Below are positions 36,619-46,380 of a stretch of DNA of 64,000 nt, one piece after another; within the stretch, counting starts at the first letter, position 1; the number at the start of each line of letters is the position of its first letter. The notes beneath the pieces are model-generated. The model was not told where the DNA came from, did not search any database, and saw only the letters and a list, made by a program, of their open reading frames with translations. The position numbers were made by a program, and so were the translations under genes. The DNA is from a virus, in IMG/VR virus record IMGVR_UViG_3300025133_000038, positions 1 to 64,000 of that record; one strand, written 5' to 3'.

Positions 36619-36843
36619 ATGAGACCTGACTTAACGAGAAAAGAAAAGATTAAGTGTGCCATAGGAGCAGTAATGCTTATTTTTGGGGGCGTTGGCTTAC
36701 TAGGAATGGCAGTTCTTTATTCTGAAATAGTAACTCTTATCTTTGCATTTATTGTCCTTGCTTTTGCTCTTATAGCTTTTACTTACGTTGTATATGATTG
36801 TCTTTGTATGCGAATAGAAAACAAAAAGAGGTATAAAAAATGA
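36619..36843 (+). CDS. Two-TM membrane protein
   Basis: Hydrophobic segments; RBS. Confidence 0.75.
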   Translation: MRPDLTRKEKIKCAIGAVMLIFGGVGLLGMAVLYSEIVTLIFAFIVLAFALIAFTYVVYDCLCMRIENKKRYKK

Positions 36844-36911
36844 ACACAGTTTTGAAAGGGTACTCTGATGATTAGGAGGTAACTACTAATCTAACTTAAA
36901 GGAGTACTATT

Positions 36912-37523
36912 ATGAAAAACCGCAATGGTGATTTTCATCACCGTAGGCCGAAAACTACAGCGGAACGAAGAGCAAACCAGGATGTTGACCATAAGGCATA
37001 TGTCCGAGGGAAGAGAACACCAAGAATGCTTCCCAACTCTTACGATGACCTTTGTTCTAATCCACCTCGAAAGAGCTGGAAGTGGCAACAAAGACGTAAG
37101 AAACAGTACCATGAGGCACAAGTCACTAAGCACAGAGTAGAGTTCTCTGCTGATGAGTGGGAGGAAACATGGGCTGTAGAAGAATACCTTCGTAAAAATA
37201 ACATTCGTTATCATATCGAAGAGACTAGGGGAGACCCTATTCACCACAGAAGAGAGATACAAGAAAGAGTTGGTGTTGGACACCCTCGCCCAAAGTATCA
37301 CTTCTACTGGGGTAGAGACGAAAATAAATGTCTTATTAGAGTAAGAGGCCATCAAATAGGATGGGAATACTGGGAATATAAATGGGTTGGCACTGGTAAG
37401 TTCAAAGAGTGGACGACCAGAGACACAATCTCAGTTGAAGTATCCTGGTGGTATGATAAAGATATTGGCTTGGACTATATCCTAGCCAAAGTACAGCACT
37501 ATCGCTATCGTCGATGGTACTAG
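36912..37523 (+). CDS. Hypothetical basic protein
   Basis: AAGGAG RBS; LPNSYDD..KSWK..RKKQY motif. Confidence 0.8.
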   Translation: MKNRNGDFHHRRPKTTAERRANQDVDHKAYVRGKRTPRMLPNSYDDLCSNPPRKSWKWQQRRKKQYHEAQVTKHRVEFSADEWEETWAVEEYLRKNNIRYHIEETRGDPIHHRREIQERVGVGHPRPKYHFYWGRDENKCLIRVRGHQIGWEYWEYKWVGTGKFKEWTTRDTISVEVSWWYDKDIGLDYILAKVQHYRYRRWY

Positions 37524-37530
37524 TACGGAT

Positions 37531-37609
37531 GAGGTTAGAGACTAATGCTTCATGGTGGAGTGCCGATTTGCAACGTCGGTGTCAAGCGGTTCGATTCCGT
37601 CTTTCCTCT
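37531..37609 (+). tRNA. tRNA-Cys(GCA)-like, degenerate acceptor
   Basis: GCCGAT-TTGCAAC-GTCGGT; GGTTCGATTCC; U discriminator; mismatched acceptor. Confidence 0.55.
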
Positions 37610-37679
37610 TTATGCGAGAGAGTAGACTGCCTGAAAGGGTGAATGAGGATTCTCACTTAATGTGACTCGCATATTTAAT

Positions 37680-37749
37680 GGCTGGTCCAATGGATTGTGG
37701 CTTCGGGTCTACGAAACCTGACTGATTGGTTCGATTCCAATACTGGCTA
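37680..37749 (+). tRNA. tRNA-Arg(ACG), short D arm
   Basis: CGGGT-CTACGAA-ACCTG. Confidence 0.85.
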
Positions 37750-37781
37750 CTTAACTAGGACAATATTAAAAGGAAATTGTT

Positions 37782-38207
37782 ATGAATTGCGATAAGCAGA
37801 TTAGATTAGCACATGCCGCAGGCGTCTTCGATGTACGTGGAAGCATTCTCCTTCGTAAGAGTTACGTTGGTAAGAATACTCCCAGGGTTTTAGAAGTAAG
37901 GCTCACTGGCATTGAAAAGATTTGGCCTGTTATGGAGTACCTACAGTCAGAGTTTGGCGGCATCATCACTAATGGTGTGAAAGATGGTAGTCGTAAGAAT
38001 TGGGTGTTAGTGGGTCAAAAAGCTCAAGACTTTTTAGGGCAGATAGAGCCCTACTTTAAGAACACTAAGCGTATCGCAAGGGCTTCATTCATTCGCCGCC
38101 GCCTTCGTCTTAGAGATAAGAACTATAAAGGTCTCGGTAAACGAGAGTATGACAGACGAGAGAAGATGGAAGCGGATTGGGATACTCTATTTATTGGAGG
38201 TAGATAG
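37782..38207 (+). CDS. LAGLIDADG-like homing endonuclease domain protein
   Basis: HAAGVFDVRGSI, LQSEFGG, FL.QIEPY..K pattern. Confidence 0.7.
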   Translation: MNCDKQIRLAHAAGVFDVRGSILLRKSYVGKNTPRVLEVRLTGIEKIWPVMEYLQSEFGGIITNGVKDGSRKNWVLVGQKAQDFLGQIEPYFKNTKRIARASFIRRRLRLRDKNYKGLGKREYDRREKMEADWDTLFIGGR

Positions 38208-38434
38208 GATGGTTTATAATGTTATTTTGTAGTGATTGTGCAAACGAAAGAGAGTGGCCTGATGATGCAGTCGTTAGGTCGTTTGGTATATGTGAGCTAT
38301 GTAATACGGTATCACACTGTAATGATGTAGAGGTAGAGTATCTACCTCCTGATGCATTGCTTTTGGAGGAATAAGATGGGTGTTCTATCATGTAGACGAC
38401 ATTTTTGTCCCTCGTAATACTTATGGTTAAGAGA

Positions 38435-38519
38435 GGTGACGTGGTGGAACTGGATATACACATAATGCTTAAACCATTACGCCCATTGAGGATTGAGGGT
38501 TCGAGTCCCTCCGTCACCA
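38435..38519 (+). tRNA. tRNA-Leu(TAA)
   Basis: TAATG-CTTAAAC-CATTA; long variable arm. Confidence 0.95.
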
Positions 38520-38593
38520 CTTATCGTTTAATATTTTTACCTCTGTAGGTAGAAGTTTGAGTACCGAAATCAGGGGCCTTGGGATGGTATAGT

Positions 38594-39019
38594 ATGGATA
38601 AGACATGTACTAATTGCAAAAAGACGTTAAGTATTACTAGTTTTTCTTTTAAAAATAAGAAGAAGAACATTCGTCATGCTCGTTGTAAACCTTGTGTAAA
38701 TTTTTTTGGTAGTAAACACTACAGGGCTAACTTAGAGGAGTATAAAGCACGTTCTAAGAAGCATAGACCCTTATTAAGAAAACGCAACAAGAAATATTTT
38801 AACGAATACAAAGAGTTAAAAAGGTGTAAGTATTGTTCAGAAAGTACTGCTGTTTGTCTTGACTTTCATCATCGTGATGCTAGTCAGAAAGAGAGTGCTA
38901 TCTCTCGTTTGATTGCATCAAATCATAGTATTGAAACTATATTGAAAGAAGTATCGAAGTGCGATGTTGTTTGTTCTAACTGTCATCGCAAGATACACGC
39001 TGGTATTATTAAAGAGTAA
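38594..39019 (+). CDS. HNH homing endonuclease
   Basis: CxxC pairs; LDFHH..KC..CSNCHRKIH. Confidence 0.9.
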   Translation: MDKTCTNCKKTLSITSFSFKNKKKNIRHARCKPCVNFFGSKHYRANLEEYKARSKKHRPLLRKRNKKYFNEYKELKRCKYCSESTAVCLDFHHRDASQKESAISRLIASNHSIETILKEVSKCDVVCSNCHRKIHAGIIKE

Positions 39020-39024
39020 TCGCT

Positions 39025-39109
39025 GGGCGAGTGGCGGAATTGGCAGACGCGCGAGGTTTAGGCCCTCGTTCCCCACAAAGGAGTGCAGGTTCGATTCCTG
39101 TCTCGCCTA
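39025..39109 (+). tRNA. tRNA-Leu(TAG), canonical
   Basis: CGAGG-TTTAGGC-CCTCG; long variable arm. Confidence 0.95.
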
Positions 39110-39359
39110 CTAAATAGGATAAAGCCATGAGAATACTTTGGTGTAAATTGTTCCATCGCAAATGGTGGTTTCTTAATACTAAAATACGAATGCGTTGTGC
39201 ATGGTGTGGAAGATACTGGGAGAATAAGAAATGAGCATTGAAGACTACTTGACTAACCACCTTCGTGAAGAGGAGGGGTTACACTTTGAGTTTGACGATG
39301 ACGAGTCGCACATTGAGAAACTAGCAACGAAAGTTTTCCCGAATAATTTCGACCAGGGC

Positions 39360-39387
39360 TTGACTTCTTTCGAGGATGGTCTATAAT
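39360..39387 (+). promoter_or_regulatory. sigma70-like promoter
   Basis: TTGACT-N16-TATAAT. Confidence 0.75.
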
Positions 39388-39657
39388 GGATGAACAAGAA
39401 CCAACGAAGCTCCTTTGTAAGACAGAGTGCCCAGGTTGTAAACAGGTTTGGTCAAGAGAGATTTGGCCTGAGATGCCTTTGGGTGTCATGGCTCTTACCT
39501 TGTGCCCTGACTGTGACGAAGGTGAGAAAGTTACCTTGATTGGTAATTCTAAGGCGTGGGATGATATTAAGTGGCAGCTAGGAGATATGACTGACGGGTA
39601 TCCCTCTAATAGAGGGTTTGATACCATTCATGTTCCAACTTATAGGGTAGACGATAA

Positions 39658-40014
39658 ATGAGTACAGAATACTACTTAGTATGTCCAGACCAAAGAAAAG
39701 TGCTGGAACTTTACAAAGAACATCAGTATCTATATACACTTAACAGTATTGATTGTTATGTTGGTGGATACGAGAGCTTTCTAAAGGATTTACATGCAGA
39801 AGATTGGTTTAGTCCTAAATATGATGCTGCTGCTATTCTTACAAAAGTAATTGCTTTTCTTAAGGATTGTGATGGTGAAGAAATACTACACTTGAATGAC
39901 AACGAGTGGATTGATTGGTGGTATGAGAATATTGCCCATCAATACGATGATACGATTGGTATTCCTGGTATGTCTAAGGCGTACCCAGATGATTGGACTG
40001 TTTATTATTGGTAA
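39658..40014 (+). CDS. Hypothetical protein
   Basis: ATGA coupling. Confidence 0.7.
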   Translation: MSTEYYLVCPDQRKVLELYKEHQYLYTLNSIDCYVGGYESFLKDLHAEDWFSPKYDAAAILTKVIAFLKDCDGEEILHLNDNEWIDWWYENIAHQYDDTIGIPGMSKAYPDDWTVYYW

Positions 40015-40188
40015 AGGTGATTAAGTGGACGTTGGATTGAAGATTGAGGGAAGGGACGACTGTCCTTTCTGTGGTGGTTTAAAAGAGCTACCTGTTTGTG
40101 CTTGGTGTGAAGAAGGTGCTAAGCACTCACACTGTGATGACAGTTGGACAAAACCTTGTGAGTATTGCGAAGATAAGGAAGTGGTACA

Positions 40189-40875
40189 ATGAACAAAGAA
40201 ATTAAATTCTACCAAGTAGGTGGTTGCGTGCGAGACGAAATCCTTGGGCTAAAGTCTAAGGACATCGACTACTCTGTAGTTGCACCCTCCTATGCGGCAA
40301 TGAAGCTAGAGATTCAGAAGCGAGGTGGAGAAATCTTCCTTGAGAACCCTGAGTTCCTAACAATTCGGGCTAAGGTTCCTGGTATGGGAGCTTGTGACTT
40401 CGTTTGTTGCAGGAAGGACGGTGCTTATTCTGATGGGCGTCACCCTGAGAGCGTAGAGATGGGTTCTCTTGAGGACGACCTTGGGCGTCGTGACTTTACA
40501 ATGAATGCGATTGCTAAGGGCGAAGACGGTAAGCTGATTGACCCTTTCGGTGGTCAGCGTGACATTGAGCGTCAGGTGATTGAGTCCGTTGGTATGGCTG
40601 AGGACAGGTTCCGAGAGGATTACCTGCGTATCCTGCGGGCTGTTCGGTTCGCTGTTACAAAGCGTATGGAACTGTCTGAGGAGGTTGAGCGAGCTTGCTC
40701 TAAGCTATACAGGGGAGTGCTTAAGGTTTCTGTTGAGCGTATTCGTGAGGAGCTACACAAGGCTTTCATGTGCGACACAATGGAAACACTTGGTCTACTG
40801 TCTCAGTATGGACTAGACGAGGTAGTGTTCAGTAAGAAGGTTGGCCTTCGACTCAAGCCTACACTGGAGAAGTAA
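40189..40875 (+). CDS. cca: tRNA nucleotidyltransferase (CCA-adding enzyme, class II, compact)
   Basis: VGGCVRD, DID, RRDFTMNA, EDYLRILRAVRF, ERIREE motifs. Confidence 0.9.
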   Translation: MNKEIKFYQVGGCVRDEILGLKSKDIDYSVVAPSYAAMKLEIQKRGGEIFLENPEFLTIRAKVPGMGACDFVCCRKDGAYSDGRHPESVEMGSLEDDLGRRDFTMNAIAKGEDGKLIDPFGGQRDIERQVIESVGMAEDRFREDYLRILRAVRFAVTKRMELSEEVERACSKLYRGVLKVSVERIREELHKAFMCDTMETLGLLSQYGLDEVVFSKKVGLRLKPTLEK

Positions 40876-40876
40876 G

Positions 40877-41242
40877 ATGGAAGTACTTGAAAAACTAAGG
40901 TTAAAAGAAGACAAACTCAAAGTTAGTTTAGCTAAAGTAGAAGGGCAGATTAAATATCAACAATCTTTAACTACAGTTACTTGTATTTCTCATTGCAACC
41001 ATGACTATGAGGACACTAATAAGAATGGGTGTGGTAAGACGAGTCAGATTAAAGACTTAGAATACATCCAAACCCACTGGTATGAAGACCCTTATAGTTG
41101 TATGGCTGGTGATAGATGGCATGAGGCTGAGGGGCAGTTCAACTGTCCACATTGTGGTAAATTAAATAGATTGTATAAGCGCGAAGAGATACAAAAGCTC
41201 AAGCATTTATTCAAATCTATAAGAAAGGTGTATAATAAGTAA
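40877..41242 (+). CDS. Zinc-binding hypothetical protein
   Basis: GGAG RBS; Cys motifs. Confidence 0.75.
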   Translation: MEVLEKLRLKEDKLKVSLAKVEGQIKYQQSLTTVTCISHCNHDYEDTNKNGCGKTSQIKDLEYIQTHWYEDPYSCMAGDRWHEAEGQFNCPHCGKLNRLYKREEIQKLKHLFKSIRKVYNK

Positions 41243-41248
41243 TAGTAT

Positions 41249-41334
41249 GGTAGATGCGTCCGAGTTGGAGAGCGGAGCGAAGTTGTGACCTTCGTGTGCG
41301 TAAGCACTAGCGAGTTCGAGTCTCGTCATTTACC
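41249..41334 (+). tRNA. tRNA-His(GTG) with G-1 and a long variable arm
   Basis: GGTAGATG/CATTTACC; CGAAG-TTGTGAC-CTTCG; GTGC-GTAA-GCAC extra arm. Confidence 0.9.
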
Positions 41335-41339
41335 CTTAT

Positions 41340-41425
41340 GGAGAAGCGGCACAGTATTGGTGAGGTGCAGCGGTTTGCTAAACCGTGGTCGTAAGGGCCT
41401 GTGGGTTCAATTCCCTCCTTCTCCG
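41340..41425 (+). tRNA. tRNA-Ser(GCT)
   Basis: GCGGT-TTGCTAA-ACCGT. Confidence 0.9.
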
Positions 41426-41454
41426 CTTACATTAATGAAATAAAGGAGTATAAA

Positions 41455-41703
41455 ATGGGTCGATTGAGAAAAAGATTGGACGGACTAGAAGGACATGCTC
41501 ATAGTACTATGTCTAGTGCTGACGCAAAGATAGAGAGAGTCGCCGGTTTGGTAGAGGATTTTATCCTTGACCTTCAAGACGGCATGGGTATCACGCTAGA
41601 AAGAACTGGTGAGGATTCTATTTATGATTTTCTTATTGGTAGGGTTGATAAGCTACCTCTCAAGGTAGTGATTGACATTTCAGAGGATGAACCAGAAGTT
41701 TAA
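41455..41703 (+). CDS. Hypothetical protein
   Basis: AAGGAG RBS. Confidence 0.75.
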   Translation: MGRLRKRLDGLEGHAHSTMSSADAKIERVAGLVEDFILDLQDGMGITLERTGEDSIYDFLIGRVDKLPLKVVIDISEDEPEV

Positions 41704-41727
41704 TCAAATTCCATCTACTAATTTAAT

Positions 41728-41760
41728 AGGGACGCTGTAATGGTGTCCCTTTTCTTTTTG
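41728..41760 (+). terminator. Rho-independent terminator
   Basis: AGGGACGCT/GGTGTCCCT plus T run. Confidence 0.75.
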
Positions 41761-41774
41761 TATAGGTTCAAACG

Positions 41775-42260
41775 ATGAACGAAAAAGAAGATGTTGTAGG
41801 TAAGCGTAGGACTAACCTTCTACGCCACATTGACAACGTAAGAAACAACTGCATTTTATTGTCAGCAAAACTCATTGAGAATGGAGAGATTGAGTTGGGC
41901 CATCAGCTAATAGCTAAGGGCTACGGTCACGACCAATCAAAATTCTATGGTATAGAGTGGACCTATCTTAATGAAGAAGCTAGGGAGAAATACCCCGACT
42001 TGTTTAAGGCAGCGCTCCTACAGCACGTTAGCGGCAACCGCCATCACCCAGAGGCATGGGCTGGTGGTATTAAGCAGATGGACAGGCTACACAGAGCAGA
42101 GATGGTATGTGACTGGGCCGCGCGTTCCTCAGAGTTTGGTAAAGACCTAAGGGAATGGATAAAAAAAGAAGCTACCAAACGCTTCGACTTCTCATTACAA
42201 AGCGGTGCCTACAAAGAGATTAAGGGGTTGGTTGATATGCTCCTAGATAACTCATTCTAA
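41775..42260 (+). CDS. HD-like phosphohydrolase (DUF5662-like)
   Basis: HI..V, HDQSK, H..NRHHPE, EMVCDW motifs. Confidence 0.8.
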   Translation: MNEKEDVVGKRRTNLLRHIDNVRNNCILLSAKLIENGEIELGHQLIAKGYGHDQSKFYGIEWTYLNEEAREKYPDLFKAALLQHVSGNRHHPEAWAGGIKQMDRLHRAEMVCDWAARSSEFGKDLREWIKKEATKRFDFSLQSGAYKEIKGLVDMLLDNSF

Positions 42261-42307
42261 ACCCCCTCTGGGGGTCTTTCTTTTCCTGCAAAAATTTCTT
42301 CTGCCCC

Positions 42308-42335
42308 TTGACAGGGAGCGTCTATCGTCTATAAT
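42308..42335 (+). promoter_or_regulatory. sigma70-like promoter
   Basis: TTGACA-N16-TATAAT. Confidence 0.85.
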
Positions 42336-42356
42336 AGGTCTATCAAGGAGAGCGAT

Positions 42357-42899
42357 ATGAAAATACAACAACTCAAAATCATTCAAGACGAATTAAGAAA
42401 CCCTAAAGACATTATCCCTATGGCTAAGTTTGTAGTTGGGGGTGGTATCTTTTGTTTGGGTCATCTGGCTGAGTATTTAGATGTACTACCAAGCGAGGAC
42501 TTGCTAATAGAACTGGTCCGCTTCCCAGATGGTGAGGTATACGTCCATGATGGACACCACAGGGCTGTGGCTATTTACCTAGCAGGTAGGAAGTTCCTCC
42601 ATGAGGACGAGTACTACCTAGTAGAGAGAAGCTATGAAGACTATCAAGACATAGTCTTTATGAGAAACGGTTACTACTTTGGGTACGTCACCCCCTTTAA
42701 TGTAAAGAGTGAGGCTAGGTTCGGAGACATTAGTGCCTGGAAGCACCGAGTCAAAAACATTTACTTTGAACAAAGCCCACAACATGCTAAGCATTTAATT
42801 GAAACAAGACCAGATTTATATAAGAGGGCAAAGAAGTTCTCTTCCGTTGAGGAACTAGCAAATGAAACTAGACATTACAAAAATCGAACAGGCAATTGA
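42357..42899 (+). CDS. ParB/Srx-like N-terminal domain protein
   Basis: YVHDGHHR motif. Confidence 0.7.
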   Translation: MKIQQLKIIQDELRNPKDIIPMAKFVVGGGIFCLGHLAEYLDVLPSEDLLIELVRFPDGEVYVHDGHHRAVAIYLAGRKFLHEDEYYLVERSYEDYQDIVFMRNGYYFGYVTPFNVKSEARFGDISAWKHRVKNIYFEQSPQHAKHLIETRPDLYKRAKKFSSVEELANETRHYKNRTGN

Positions 42900-43983
42900 A
42901 GACGGCTGGGTTACAAAGCGTAAGCACCCTACTGCTGACTTGTGGATTCTAAACTACTCTAAGCAGACTCAGTTTGAGTTCTACTGGGAGCCAGGAACTA
43001 CAATGACATGCCGTGGGCTAATTGTTGATGAAAAGTGGTCGGTTGTTTCACGACCTCTCGAAAAATTTTTCACACTAGACCAGCTTACTAGCATGAGAAA
43101 TAAGGTACACCACCTGTATGGTATGAAGTTTAAGAACATGTTCAAGGGTAACTTTCGATGCTTTGACAAGCTAGATGGTTCCTTGGGTGTCTTGTACCCA
43201 TTGGGTGACAAGGTGTGCGTTGCTACTAGGGGTTCGTTCGAGTCAGAAATGGCTGTTCGTGCTACTGAAATGTTAGAGGGGATGGGTCTAGCTGACCACT
43301 CTAAGTGGAAGACTGTTCATGGTGAGAGTTTGCTCGATGAAATGACTGTCATGGTGGAGATTATCTATCCAGACAACCAAATCGTTGTAGACTATAAGGG
43401 TGAAGAAAAGTTAGTCTTACTAGCTGTGGTTGACAAGAGAACAGGTAAGGATGACTGGTCTATGTACCGCATGTTTTCAAAAAAGTTTGAACCAGCTAAA
43501 GAGTTCTTCCACGTTCAAACTCTCGAAGACCTAACAGAAGAAGACTACAATGGACAAGAAGGTTATGTCCTAGTCTTTGACAATGGGTTACGAGTGAAGT
43601 GGAAGTACGAAGAGTACAAGAGGCTCCATCGTATCGTTACTGGACTAAGTGAAAACACAGTCTGGGAATGGTTGCGTGATGGTGTGGATATTAAAGATGT
43701 CCTAAAGGATGTGCCTGATGAGTTCTACAAGTGGGGCAAAGAGGTAGCATCAAGATTAAAGAGCAGGTTTAACGAGATTAACGAAGAAGCACACGATGCC
43801 TTTGTTAAGTACAATACGTTTAATGTTTCTCGTAAAGAACTTGCGGCTTGCATCAACCAATTTAAGTATAAAGGATTAGTTTTCTCTCTTGCAGACGGTA
43901 AGAGCATTAACCTATCCATATGGCAAATTATTAAACAGGAGATGAAGGATGAAAAAAGACATTCGCAACTTAAAGAAGGGTGA
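42862..43983 (+). CDS. T4 Rnl1-like RNA ligase
   Basis: CRGLI..RPLEKFF, KLDGS, ATRGSF, EII, EGYV motifs. Confidence 0.9.
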   Translation: MKLDITKIEQAIEDGWVTKRKHPTADLWILNYSKQTQFEFYWEPGTTMTCRGLIVDEKWSVVSRPLEKFFTLDQLTSMRNKVHHLYGMKFKNMFKGNFRCFDKLDGSLGVLYPLGDKVCVATRGSFESEMAVRATEMLEGMGLADHSKWKTVHGESLLDEMTVMVEIIYPDNQIVVDYKGEEKLVLLAVVDKRTGKDDWSMYRMFSKKFEPAKEFFHVQTLEDLTEEDYNGQEGYVLVFDNGLRVKWKYEEYKRLHRIVTGLSENTVWEWLRDGVDIKDVLKDVPDEFYKWGKEVASRLKSRFNEINEEAHDAFVKYNTFNVSRKELAACINQFKYKGLVFSLADGKSINLSIWQIIKQEMKDEKRHSQLKEG

Positions 43984-44548
43984 TATTGTCACCTTCAAGG
44001 ATGGAGAAACTATTGCGGATGTTCTAGCTGAAACAGGTAAGGCTGTTCTCGGCCAAGATTTAAGGGTCGAGAACGTCCTTACTATTAATCAGTCTCATGG
44101 TCTTGTTAGGTGGACTCGCGTTCATTTTACAAAGTCTGAGAAGACCCTAATAATTAAAGAGGTTGAAGACCTATGCGACGTAAGGATATGTTCTGCCCCA
44201 GAAAGTTTTGAGTGTGGAGACAGACAAGACCTTGATGATTCAGGTTGGTTAGAATATCTTTTTGACTTTGAGGAAGAGCAGACTTTAACAGAGCGTGACT
44301 TCCTAAGGCTCTTAAGTATGGACTATGATAATGAAGAGGCTGTAGAATTTAAGATTAAGGGCGGTGTCCTTTATGGTGAAGATAAGAAGGGTCGATTCTG
44401 CGGAGTAGCAGAATGGTCTGCCCTCTCTGATACTGACTACCCAGAAGTCATGGCGATTGAAATTGGTGGTGAGGACAGTGAGAGTGGTGGATACATTGAG
44501 TTGTACCAGGGTATTAACATGTTTGAAGAGGAGTATGAAGTATTATGA
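43949..44548 (+). CDS. Acidic hypothetical protein (possibly DUF2491/DUF4178-like PspA partner)
   Basis: Beta-rich acidic protein coupled to the PspA-like gene. Confidence 0.55.
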   Translation: MKKDIRNLKKGDIVTFKDGETIADVLAETGKAVLGQDLRVENVLTINQSHGLVRWTRVHFTKSEKTLIIKEVEDLCDVRICSAPESFECGDRQDLDDSGWLEYLFDFEEEQTLTERDFLRLLSMDYDNEEAVEFKIKGGVLYGEDKKGRFCGVAEWSALSDTDYPEVMAIEIGGEDSESGGYIELYQGINMFEEEYEVL

Positions 44549-45255
44549 GTTTAATTGGAATTGTTATTGCTGTTGTTGCTGTGGGTATCTTTGCTGTATA
44601 CTTGTTCCCTAAGCTAAAGTATCGAGCCCGAGACGTTCAGGATGCTATCAATAATAAGCTATCTGACCCAGTAAAAGACCACGGGCATCAGATTGATGAC
44701 GCTAAAGATGCCGTCGTCAAGGCACAAGAAGAAGTTTTAGCTGCTATCACCTCCAACAAGGGGTTGAAACAAAGAGTTGAAGCATCAAAGAGGGAGATTA
44801 AGAGATACTCAGACCTATCTGTTAAGGCAGCTAGTGATGGAAATACTGAGGCGGTAACGACGTTCGTAAAAGAAAAGCAGCGCGCCGAGGCAAGAGCTAA
44901 GACATTTGCTCGTCAGATTGAGGCGAACGAACATATTATTTCTACTGTTAGGCAGCAGTTGGAAGTTCGTAAGGACCAAATAGAAGATGCTGAAATTAAC
45001 AGGGAGATTCTTGAAGTTCAGTTGGTAGGCTCTAAGATGCGTCAAGACATGGCTAAGTTAGGGTCTGGGTTGGGTGAGACAGACTTGGGTGGACTAGGTT
45101 CACTACAAGAGCATGTAAATGCAGAGACAGCAAGAGCAGAGGCTTTCGAGGAAGTCTATGGTAAGGCTGATGTTGACCTTGAAGCTAAGTATAGTCAAGA
45201 GGGAGACAGTGTTGATGATGAAGTGCAGAAGTTGCTTGCCGCAGCTAAGGAATAA
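44545..45255 (+). CDS. PspA/IM30-family coiled-coil protein with N-terminal TM
   Basis: DP..QIDDA; long coiled coil; E.ARAEA..DLEAKY..VDDEVQKL. Confidence 0.75.
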   Translation: MSLIGIVIAVVAVGIFAVYLFPKLKYRARDVQDAINNKLSDPVKDHGHQIDDAKDAVVKAQEEVLAAITSNKGLKQRVEASKREIKRYSDLSVKAASDGNTEAVTTFVKEKQRAEARAKTFARQIEANEHIISTVRQQLEVRKDQIEDAEINREILEVQLVGSKMRQDMAKLGSGLGETDLGGLGSLQEHVNAETARAEAFEEVYGKADVDLEAKYSQEGDSVDDEVQKLLAAAKE

Positions 45256-45266
45256 GAAAGGAAATT

Positions 45267-45728
45267 ATGATAGGTAAACATGAGTTTGCGGAGTGGACTA
45301 GAAGAGTTCAGGCAATTATAGACAATATAATTATTCCCTGGGAGATACATCTTCTTGAGGATAAAATCTTTAAAGATACAAACGGTAACGGTAGGCTATA
45401 CCTACAGATTCAGTTTGATGACATTGATAATGTGACTGGAGAGGAAGGCTACAGGGCCTACTGTCGCAAGTTCTACTTGTCTCCACACATGACTACTCAA
45501 GAAGTTGTTCGTACTGCATGGAAGGCTTACGAAGCTGCCGTAATACATGAGGCTTCGGAAAAATTTAAATTCCTAGGTCAAATGATTTACGGCCCACACA
45601 TTAGCGTTGGTGCATTGGCTAGTATTGCTAATGAGAGAGACGTTCGTATTGGTGATGTTGAACCTACTAAACCTAAAATGACACAGGCCGTATTTGCCTG
45701 GGCTGAAGCTGGAGGAACTAATGGCTAA
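45267..45728 (+). CDS. Conserved phage hypothetical protein
   Basis: RKFYLSPHMT..EVVRTAWKA..HEA.E.F motif. Confidence 0.8.
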   Translation: MIGKHEFAEWTRRVQAIIDNIIIPWEIHLLEDKIFKDTNGNGRLYLQIQFDDIDNVTGEEGYRAYCRKFYLSPHMTTQEVVRTAWKAYEAAVIHEASEKFKFLGQMIYGPHISVGALASIANERDVRIGDVEPTKPKMTQAVFAWAEAGGTNG

Positions 45729-46185
45729 GATATGGATTATGAGGGGGCTTCCTGGCTCTGGCAAGAGTACGAAGGCTATTAAAATTTGTAAAAATAATAA
45801 TTGGCCCACCATAGTAAGCTCAGATGACTACTTTATAGCAGGTGATAACTACTACTTTGACCCGATGAAGCTGGGCTCAGCACACCGCTGGTCACAATGG
45901 AAGGTTCGTCAGCTAATCAATGCTGGTCGAGATGTTATCCTAGACAACACTAACCTACAGTGGAAAGAGATGAAGTCCTACATAGTTAATGCTCTTGAGG
46001 CTGGCTACGAGGTAGAGATTGTTGAGCCTGATACGGAGTGGGCCTGGAACATCGACAAGTTAATTGAGAAGGGTAGTCATGGGGTTCCTCGTGACACCTA
46101 CGAGAGTATGATGGCTCGCTACGAACCGCTGGCTGACATACTTGTGAAGCTAGAGAAAGAAAGGGCTAAGTACGATGGATGCTAA
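45721..46185 (+). CDS. Polynucleotide kinase-like P-loop protein (AAA_33)
   Basis: RGLPGSGKST, SSDDYF, DNTN, HGVP. Confidence 0.85.
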   Translation: MAKIWIMRGLPGSGKSTKAIKICKNNNWPTIVSSDDYFIAGDNYYFDPMKLGSAHRWSQWKVRQLINAGRDVILDNTNLQWKEMKSYIVNALEAGYEVEIVEPDTEWAWNIDKLIEKGSHGVPRDTYESMMARYEPLADILVKLEKERAKYDGC

Positions 46186-46378
46186 CCTAAACATGTGGGA
46201 CTACTGGAGAGATAAGTACGGCCTTACTGAAGCTATTGAGGAATACTTTCCTGACTTGCTTGGTAAGAACAAGGACGTTCAGTATGGCATGGCTATGGTT
46301 CGTGCTGGAGAAGCCCTAATTGAAAAGACAATGAATAAGCTCGTCGCGGAAGACGATGCATTCTATGAGGATGAATAA
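46175..46378 (+). CDS. Hypothetical protein
   Basis: Coupled ORF. Confidence 0.65.
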   Translation: MDANLNMWDYWRDKYGLTEAIEEYFPDLLGKNKDVQYGMAMVRAGEALIEKTMNKLVAEDDAFYEDE

Positions 46379-46380
46379 GA

